DNA of 17,955 nucleotides. Origin: a bacterium (GTDB lineage: Bacteria > Methylomirabilota > Methylomirabilia > CAVQYV01). The stretch is from NCBI GenBank assembly GCA_043800755.1, contig JAZDMQ010000153.1:1-17955 (forward strand), given 5' to 3'. This document shows positions 1 through 6,283 of this stretch, one piece after another. The position numbers were made by a program, and so were the translations under genes. The notes under the pieces were generated by a model. The model saw only the letters and a program-made list of their open reading frames with translations. It did not search any database and was not told the DNA's origin. Positions within the stretch are counted from its first letter, which is position 1; each line of letters begins with the position of its first letter.

Positions 1-3
1 AAC

Positions 4-930
4 CTATCGTTTCTTCTTACGATCTGGCTTCATCCGAACCTTGGCATGCCATTCCAATACGAGGGTACTGGCCACGAAGATCGATGAAAAGGTCCCCACA
101 ATGATCCCCATGGATATGGCGAGGGAGAAGTCATGGAGGACCTCCCCGCCCAGAAAGAGGAAGGAGAGGGTCACCAGGAAAACGGTGAGGCCGGTGACGA
201 TGGTGCGAGAGAGGACCTCGTTGATGCTGGAATTGATCACCAGATCCAATGGATCTTTGCGCCGGGCCCTCAGGTTTTCCCGGATGCGGTCGAAGACCAC
301 GACCGTGTCGCTGAGGGAATAGCCCGCCAGGGTCAACAGGGCGGTCACCAGCAGGAGATTGATCTCCTTTCCCATCAGATGAAAGATCCCAAACACCGCC
401 AGGACATCATGGAAGGTGGCGATAGTGGCGGCGACACCGAACCGGAACTCGAAACGCCAGGCGATATAGATGAGGATTCCGAGCATGGAGAGGACGATCG
501 CCCAGATGGCGGATCGGCGAAGTCCCTTGCCGATCGCCGGTCCGATTTCGTCGCTGCCCTCCACCACGGAGGATCTTTCCGGGAGATTCGCCTTTAGGGC
601 CTCCTGGATCTTGTCCAGCATCCTGCTTTGCTGGGCGAATTCCTTCTTCACCCGGATGAGGACCCGGGAGCTATCGGAGAACTGCTGCAGATTGCTCTCC
701 GGGATGTTGGCCTTGCCCAGGGCCTCCCTCACCTGCCCCACCTCCACCGGGCCGTCGAACTTCAACTTCACCGAGGTCCCTCCCGCGAAATCGATGCCCA
801 AATTGGCATGTCCTCGGAAAACTTGAATGATGGCGAAGAGGCCCAAGAGCACTAAGATGCCGGAAAGGGCAAAGGTATAATAACGCTTTCCCATGAAGTC
901 GATCTTGGTCTTTCCCAGGATTTCAATCAT
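4..930 (-). CDS. secF: Protein translocase subunit SecF
   Basis: 308 aa; N-terminal KIDFM, LGIDFAGG motif, GYSLSDTVVVFDRIRE motif, six predicted TM segments; directly downstream of secD; SD-like GGAGGA 3 nt before the ATG. Confidence 0.97.
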   Translation of the reverse strand: MIEILGKTKIDFMGKRYYTFALSGILVLLGLFAIIQVFRGHANLGIDFAGGTSVKLKFDGPVEVGQVREALGKANIPESNLQQFSDSSRVLIRVKKEFAQQSRMLDKIQEALKANLPERSSVVEGSDEIGPAIGKGLRRSAIWAIVLSMLGILIYIAWRFEFRFGVAATIATFHDVLAVFGIFHLMGKEINLLLVTALLTLAGYSLSDTVVVFDRIRENLRARRKDPLDLVINSSINEVLSRTIVTGLTVFLVTLSFLFLGGEVLHDFSLAISMGIIVGTFSSIFVASTLVLEWHAKVRMKPDRKKKR

Positions 931-1039
931 CGATCCTCCCCGTCTCTCCTCAAAGCCGGAAGCAAGAACTCCATAATGGACTTAATGTATTGCTGCAAAC
1001 AATGCGGGGCCAAACGGAGGACCCTGGTGAATGATACCC

Positions 1040-2644
1040 TCAAACACTGATTGTCTTCATCTCCCATTTGGTGGTCATCCAGTCGAGGACGGTCTTGGTC
1101 CCGATCAGGGCGGTAAAGAGGTTGATCAGGATGCCCAGACTGAGGGAGACCGCGAAGCCCTTGATCGGTCCCGTCCCGAACTGGAAGAGGACCACGGCGG
1201 TGATCAGGGTGGTGACATGGGAGTCCAAGATCGTAAGGAAGGCCTTGGTGTAGCCGGTATCGATGGCCGAGCGCGCTGTCTTGCCCAGGCGCAATTCCTC
1301 CCTGATCCGCTCGAACATCAAGACATTGGTGTCCACGGCCATCCCAATGGTGAGGGCGATGCCCGCGATCCCGGGCAGGGTGAGGGTCGCTCGAAACCAG
1401 GAGAGGGCCCCCATCAACATGATTATGTTCAAAAGGAGGGCGAAATCGGCTACCACCCCTGAGACGCGGTAATAGAAGACCATGAACAGGACCACCAATG
1501 CGGCCCCCACCAAGGTGGCCCGGAGGCCCTTCCGAATCGAGTCCTGGCCCAATGAGGGTCCCACGGTGACATTGGCAAGGATATGAACCGGTGCCGGAAG
1601 GGCGCCCGCCCGCAACACGATGGCCAGATCCCGAGCCTCCTCCATGGTGAACCGTCCGGTGATCTGGGCCTTTCCACTGGGGATCTTCTCATTGATGCGG
1701 GGAGCGGAATAGATATTGTTATCCAGGATGATAGCCAGGCGACGGCCCACATTGGCCCCGGTGACTTGACCGAAGATATTGGCCCCCACCTTGTCGAACT
1801 CCAGGGTGACATAGGGCTCGTTCATCTCGTGCCCGATCGACACCTCCGCCGAGGTGATCGTGTCGCCGGTGAGGAGGGCCTTCTTCTGCAAAAGGAAGGG
1901 GGGCTTGCTGACATTCCCCTTGGAGTCGGTGGTCTTCTGGTACAAGACCTCGGTGTCGGGCGGGGGATTGCCCGCCATGGCCGCCTCCATCACCTTCGCA
2001 TCCTCCATTCGCTCGTCCACCAGTTTGAATTCCAAAAGGGCGGTCTTCCCAATCAGCTCCACTGCGCGCTGGGGGTCCTTGACCCCGGGGAGCTGGACCA
2101 CGATACGCCGCTCCCCCTCCGGAACGATGTGGGGCTCGGATACCCCGAACTGGTCCACTCGATTGCGAATCGTCTCCAGGCATTGACGAACGGCGTACTC
2201 CTGGAGGCGTTTCACTTCTTTCGGCTTTAAGGAGAGGAGCATCTCCGAAGGATCCCCGGTGGGCGATGCGTCCAGCACTCCAAAGTCGGAGATGCGCTTG
2301 GAGGCTGCATCTCGCTGCTCCGGCTGTCGAACCCGCAGCCGGATCTTATCCTGGCCCTCGCGCCCGATCTGATCCAGGCCAATCTTCTCCTTCTCAAAGG
2401 AGGTCTTGATCTCATTGATCCATCGCTCGGTGGCGTTCTCCACCGCTTTTTCCGCGTCGACCTCCAGGACGAGGTGGGTCCCCCCTTGCAGATCCAATCC
2501 CAGTTTCAACTTCTCATGAGGCAGGTATTCTCGCCACCAAGCCGGGAAAGAGTCGAAGCCCGGAAGGGAGGGCAGCAGGTAGAACAGGGCCAATACGGTG
2601 GTAGCCGTTAAGAGGATGGCCCTCCATTTGATGGTCTTTTTCAC
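1040..2644 (-). CDS. secD: Protein translocase subunit SecD
   Basis: 534 aa; LGLDLQGG, IRNRVDQFGVSEP, VLRAGALPAP, VGPSLG and GMAVDTNVLMFERIREE motifs; GTG start with AGGAGG SD near 2651-2656. Confidence 0.97.
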   Translation of the reverse strand: MKKTIKWRAILLTATTVLALFYLLPSLPGFDSFPAWWREYLPHEKLKLGLDLQGGTHLVLEVDAEKAVENATERWINEIKTSFEKEKIGLDQIGREGQDKIRLRVRQPEQRDAASKRISDFGVLDASPTGDPSEMLLSLKPKEVKRLQEYAVRQCLETIRNRVDQFGVSEPHIVPEGERRIVVQLPGVKDPQRAVELIGKTALLEFKLVDERMEDAKVMEAAMAGNPPPDTEVLYQKTTDSKGNVSKPPFLLQKKALLTGDTITSAEVSIGHEMNEPYVTLEFDKVGANIFGQVTGANVGRRLAIILDNNIYSAPRINEKIPSGKAQITGRFTMEEARDLAIVLRAGALPAPVHILANVTVGPSLGQDSIRKGLRATLVGAALVVLFMVFYYRVSGVVADFALLLNIIMLMGALSWFRATLTLPGIAGIALTIGMAVDTNVLMFERIREELRLGKTARSAIDTGYTKAFLTILDSHVTTLITAVVLFQFGTGPIKGFAVSLSLGILINLFTALIGTKTVLDWMTTKWEMKTISV

Positions 2645-2830
2645 CCTTTACCTCCTATATGGGGATGGAGCCCATCGGCTTTCCCTCCACCCTCCATCCC
2701 ATTGAAAAATCTCCTTCGCCCCTGCTTCAATCGATCGATCTTGCCATTCCCTCACTGAGTTTCTCAAGTCCCCCCCGTTGGCCGCCTTCACTTGCGCAGG
2801 GCCGCGGGGGGTCAAAGCCACAAGTCTATC

Positions 2831-2859
2831 TGTATAAGCCATCCGGGTGGAAAATGCAA
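2831..2859 (-). promoter_or_regulatory. Putative sigma70-type promoter for secDF
   Basis: Minus strand TTGCAT (2859-2854), 17-nt spacer, TATACA (2836-2831) in the intergenic region upstream of secD. Imperfect -10. Confidence 0.4.
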
Positions 2860-2887
2860 CGGAAAACTTCTAAGGGGAGAAAATTTC

Positions 2888-4372
2888 TCAGCCCGAAAGA
2901 ACCCGTATCTTCGGGGCAGGGCCCTCCCTCAAGCCGTCAATCCTCGCCCCCTTGCTGCCCATCGCCATCAGGTATTCAGCGATCTCCGCGCTGATCTCCT
3001 CTCCCGGGATCAACAGGGGAATCCCGGGGGGATAAATGGTGACGATGTCCGAGCTGATTTGGCCCCTCGCCTCTTGGAGATCCGCATAACGATAGGGTGA
3101 AAAATAGGCCTCCCGAGGGAGGAGGCGCAGAGGGCCCTCGGGCGGAGGGAAAATCACCTCCATGGCTCGACCGGCTCCCGGGGCCTGTCCCTGGGCAATC
3201 TTCTCCATGCCAGCCACTAAACGCCCCAAATCGTCCTTGCGGTCTCCAATGCTCACGATCACCAGGAGATTGAAGAGGTCCGCCATCTCCACCTGCACAT
3301 CGGATTCGTTATTCAGGAGGGAAGAGGCAGAAAAGCCCGTGATCCCCAGACCGCGCGTGGAAATGGTCAGTTTCGTCACATCCAGATCGAGGCCGGCGTT
3401 TGCCTGGATCTCTGCCCTTCCGAAGCAGGCAATCCCCTCGATCTCCCTGATCCGTGCCCTCCCCTCCTCCGCCAAGTGAATGGCCTTGTCCAAGAGCTTC
3501 CTGCCTTCGGTCGCCATCTGCATCCGGGCCAAATCCAGGGAGGCCATGAGGACATAGGAGGGGCTGGTGCTCTGCATCAGCTGAAGCACCCCCTGGAGGC
3601 GCGGCAGGTCCACCCGGCTCCCCTTCACATGAAGCATCGAGCTCTGGGTCATCCCCCCCACGATCTTATGGGTGCTCTGCACGCAGAGATCGGCCCCCGC
3701 CCTCAGCGCAGGCAGAGGAAGGTGGGGATGGAAATGGAGGTGAGGGCCATGCGCCTCATCCACCAAGATGAGCAGTCCCTTCTCTTTCGCGAAGGAAAAG
3801 ATGGAAGCCAAGTCCGCGGAAACCCCATAATAGTTGGGGCTGGTGAGGATCAGAGCCTTGGCCGAAGGATGTTGGCCCCAGGTGGATTTGACCTTCTCCA
3901 GGCGCACATTCAGGGGAATCCCCAGATCGGCATCCAGCTCGGGCATGAAGAAATGAGGACGGGCCCCGGCCAGAATAATGCCGGTCAAGACGGACTTGTG
4001 GGCATTCCTAGCCACCAGGATCTCATCGCCTGGCAGGCAGGCAGCCAGGACCATGGCGTGATTGCCCACCGTAGTCCCATTGATCAGAAAGAAGGAGTGG
4101 TCTGCCCCGTATGCCTCGGCGGCCAGCTCTTGGGCCTCCTTGATCACCCCCACCGGCTTTTGGAGGCAGTCCACCTCGTCCAGAGTGGTGAGATCGATGC
4201 TGAAGATCTTGGGGCCCACATATTTCTTGAAGCGGGTGGAGATCCCCTTGCCGCTCTTATGGCCCGGGGTGTGGAAAGAAACCTTGCGCGATTCCGCAAG
4301 GCTGACCAGGGCATCGAACAAGGGGGTCTTGAATTGCCTCTCGGGAATCATGCCTGCGTGAGGTTCAATCAA
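2888..4372 (-). CDS. speA: PLP-dependent Orn/Lys/Arg decarboxylase (fold type I, Bacillus SpeA-like, no N-terminal wing domain); probably arginine decarboxylase
   Basis: TPLFDAL, FHTPGHK, EAQELAAEAYGAD, ARNAHKS, DEAHG, QSTHK (PLP lysine), STSPSY and YPPGIP motifs; lies in an operon with speD and speE. TTG start overlaps the speE stop (TTGA); alternative ATG at 4351. Substrate is inferred. Confidence 0.85.
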   Translation of the reverse strand: MIEPHAGMIPERQFKTPLFDALVSLAESRKVSFHTPGHKSGKGISTRFKKYVGPKIFSIDLTTLDEVDCLQKPVGVIKEAQELAAEAYGADHSFFLINGTTVGNHAMVLAACLPGDEILVARNAHKSVLTGIILAGARPHFFMPELDADLGIPLNVRLEKVKSTWGQHPSAKALILTSPNYYGVSADLASIFSFAKEKGLLILVDEAHGPHLHFHPHLPLPALRAGADLCVQSTHKIVGGMTQSSMLHVKGSRVDLPRLQGVLQLMQSTSPSYVLMASLDLARMQMATEGRKLLDKAIHLAEEGRARIREIEGIACFGRAEIQANAGLDLDVTKLTISTRGLGITGFSASSLLNNESDVQVEMADLFNLLVIVSIGDRKDDLGRLVAGMEKIAQGQAPGAGRAMEVIFPPPEGPLRLLPREAYFSPYRYADLQEARGQISSDIVTIYPPGIPLLIPGEEISAEIAEYLMAMGSKGARIDGLREGPAPKIRVLSG

Positions 4373-5286
4373 TGGAAGGTGAAGAAGGGGGCATTGTCCT
4401 CGATGATCCGCTGCTCTTGGGCCAGGCTGACCCGGACATGCTTGGGAAGAGAGAAGATCCCCTGGTGCGTGAGACTGTCGTAAAAGCGCAGTTCACCTTG
4501 AATGCGGGCGGCAATCAGCTCGTCAATCCCTTTCCAGGAGAGGGGATTGAAGCCTGCCTCGGGAGAGGCCATGCAAAACCCCCAAGGGACGCCGTAACTG
4601 GGGACGAAAACCGCAAAGCCACTCACCGAAGGAAAGACGGACCTCAGGGTCTTGTGGACGGCGGCGAAGCACTCCGTACCGACACAGCCCACGCTGCCCG
4701 CCTGCAGAGCAATCATCCCCGGCCGGTTGAGCCTGTCCCGGACCACCTCATAGAACTCCCGGGTGAAAAGGAGATAGGCAGGACCTTCCTGCACCGGCTC
4801 CGAGATATCAATCAGGATCACATCGAAAGTCTCTGCCGTCTCCTCCAAGTATTTGCGAGCGTCGATGAAAGCCAACTCCGCCCGAGGGTCCTCGAAGGAT
4901 CCCTGGTGAAGCTCCGGGAGCAGCTCCCGGCATCTCGACACCACCTCGGCATCGATGTCCACCATCAAGACCCTCTTCACCGAGCGATGTCGCAAGACTT
5001 CCCGCAAGGTGGCACCTTCTCCCCCCCCTACGACGAAGACCCGCTGAGGGTCGGGGTGGGCCAGCATTGCCGGGTGGACCATGGCCTCGTGGTAGATGAA
5101 TTCATCCGCCGCGGTCGATTGAATCCTTCCATCCAACACTAAGGCCTTGCCATAGCTTCCCAGCTCCAGGAGGTCCAGGCTCTGAAACTTGGTTTGGCCC
5201 GAAAAGAGGAAATTCCGGATCCCATGCAGGTGTCCCTCCTCCGGGCCAATCGCCTCAATAAGCCAACGATAATTCTTTATAGGCAT
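4369..5286 (-). CDS. speE: Polyamine aminopropyltransferase (spermidine synthase family)
   Basis: LVLDGRIQS, DEFIYHEAMVHPAM, VGGGEGATLREVLRH, VDID and FDVILID motifs; overlaps speD by 32 nt. Confidence 0.95.
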   Translation of the reverse strand: MPIKNYRWLIEAIGPEEGHLHGIRNFLFSGQTKFQSLDLLELGSYGKALVLDGRIQSTAADEFIYHEAMVHPAMLAHPDPQRVFVVGGGEGATLREVLRHRSVKRVLMVDIDAEVVSRCRELLPELHQGSFEDPRAELAFIDARKYLEETAETFDVILIDISEPVQEGPAYLLFTREFYEVVRDRLNRPGMIALQAGSVGCVGTECFAAVHKTLRSVFPSVSGFAVFVPSYGVPWGFCMASPEAGFNPLSWKGIDELIAARIQGELRFYDSLTHQGIFSLPKHVRVSLAQEQRIIEDNAPFFTFH

Positions 5287-5689
5287 GCTCCGTCTTTCCT
5301 TCGCTGGCCCCCACCTTGTGGGAGAACCTCCTCACATTCTTGCCGATCAACCCCCGCCTCACTTCCACCACCGAGGGATTCTTGCACTTCAGCTTCAGGG
5401 CAATGTAATCGGCCGCGATCTCCGGCCGCAGTTGATCTCCACAGGTGAATATATCCACGGCTGCGTATCGGTACTCGGGCCAGGTATGAATCGTGAGGTG
5501 GGATTCAGCAATCACCACCACCCCGCTGATCCCGAAGGGAGAGAACTCGTGAAAGCTGACCCCCACGATGGTCGCATTCGCCACCTTAGCCGCAGAAACC
5601 ATCGCTTCGCGTATCAAGTCAATGCTTTTAAGCGCCTCTGGGTCACATCCATGTAACTCCACCAATAGGTGTTTCCCAAGTGCTTGCAA
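5255..5689 (-). CDS. speD: S-adenosylmethionine decarboxylase proenzyme (class 1B, pyruvoyl-dependent, SpeH type)
   Basis: LGKHLLVEL start, FHEFSPFGISGVVVIAE/SHLTIHTWPE self-cleavage motif, VDIFTCG; TTG start 8 nt after AAGGGGA (5704-5698). Confidence 0.95.
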   Translation of the reverse strand: MQALGKHLLVELHGCDPEALKSIDLIREAMVSAAKVANATIVGVSFHEFSPFGISGVVVIAESHLTIHTWPEYRYAAVDIFTCGDQLRPEIAADYIALKLKCKNPSVVEVRRGLIGKNVRRFSHKVGASEGKTEHAYKELSLAY

Positions 5690-5844
5690 TCCATTTATCC
5701 CCTTTTCAGCACATTTTAGCTGTTTGATGGTTTTTGAAACCAGGCCCTGGTACTCACCCAGAACCTATCAATTTGAGCGGCTCGCCGGTCCCGTACCCTT
5801 TTCCTCGAGCATCGCCCATACAGCGTAAAATCGGGGGCTCTTTT

Positions 5845-5863
5845 CTACATCCTGACCTCCTTT
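5845..5863 (-). promoter_or_regulatory. Strong Shine-Dalgarno followed by an AUG-UAG start-stop mini-ORF in the speD leader
   Basis: Minus strand reads AAAGGAGGT-CAGG-ATG-TAG (SD 5863-5855, ATG 5850-5848, TAG 5847-5845). The sequence is certain; the function is inferred. Confidence 0.55.
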
Positions 5864-5867
5864 GCTC

Positions 5868-5997
5868 CGCAGGGAGTCCAAAAAAAGCATTGATGGAACG
5901 CGAATTAGCTCTGGCTAATCCTCAGCAAGCTGAAACCTGCCCCCCGGGCAGGACTTCCTGAAACGGGAACGAACCCCAATTACCCGATGTCCCTGCG
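5868..5997 (-). ncRNA. Putative structured cis-regulatory RNA (multibranch) in the speD 5' leader
   Basis: Closing 8-bp inverted repeat CGCAGGGA/TCCCTGCG (5997-5990 with 5875-5868) encloses four adjacent hairpins: TTCC/GGAA, CCTGCCC/GGGCAGG, TCAG-CTTG-CTGA (G(CUUG)C tetraloop) and ATTAGC-CAGA-GCTAAT, plus a U7 run. I do not recognise it as a known family. Confidence 0.45.
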
Positions 5998-6052
5998 CCC
6001 GGCCCACCAGGAGAATCGCGCGGGCAGGCGCCGGTCAAAAATTGTTACAGGG

Positions 6053-6080
6053 TTTATACTCCATTTGCTCCAAATTGCAA
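6053..6080 (-). promoter_or_regulatory. Putative sigma70-type promoter for the speD-speE-speA operon
   Basis: TTGCAA (6080-6075), 16-nt spacer, TATAAA (6058-6053), with A/T tracts upstream, in an AT-rich patch of a GC-rich sequence. Confidence 0.5.
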
Positions 6081-6081
6081 G

Positions 6082-6111
6082 AAAAAAAAGTGGGGTGGAC
6101 CACATTTTTTT
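6082..6111. repeat. Imperfect dyad AAAAAAAAGTGG-N6-CCACATTTTTTT (possible operator or UP element)
   Basis: 11 of 12 positions complementary; abuts the putative -35 of the speD promoter. Confidence 0.4.
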
Positions 6112-6228
6112 GAGGCTTCCTCCAGCAGGCGGAGAGAGGCCCCGGGGCAAGGGTTTTCTGGTCGTCAGGCCCGGCCGCTTTACCCAAGGCAGGCGGGGGC
6201 AATTCCGCTCCCCAGCCATTTTCAGTCC

Positions 6229-6257
6229 TTGCCTCCGGGTCGGCTTTAGTTTATAAA
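6229..6257 (+). promoter_or_regulatory. Putative sigma70-type promoter for the O-antigen-ligase-like gene
   Basis: TTGCCT (6229-6234), 17-nt spacer, TATAAA (6252-6257), then GGAGG (6272-6276) and ATG 6284. Confidence 0.5.
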
Positions 6258-6283
6258 GGGCTGAAATGCAGGGAGGAAGGCAC

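Noticed and set aside
2648..2842. 64-aa ORF upstream of secD as yajC or an arrest peptide
   Set aside because: No TM or signal segment, no YajC motif, no SD, and it overlaps the putative -10.
3476..5142. Plus-strand ORFs of 335 aa and 256 aa
   Set aside because: Antisense shadows of speA and speE.
5754..5819. uORF MGDARGKGYGTGEPLKLIGSG, superficially like mammalian MAGDIS
   Set aside because: No SD, and the resemblance is only 2-3 residues.
5868..5997. Assignment of the speD leader structure as a SAM-I riboswitch, 6S RNA, SRP RNA or tRNA
   Set aside because: I could not find the conserved sequence motifs of these families; left as unassigned.
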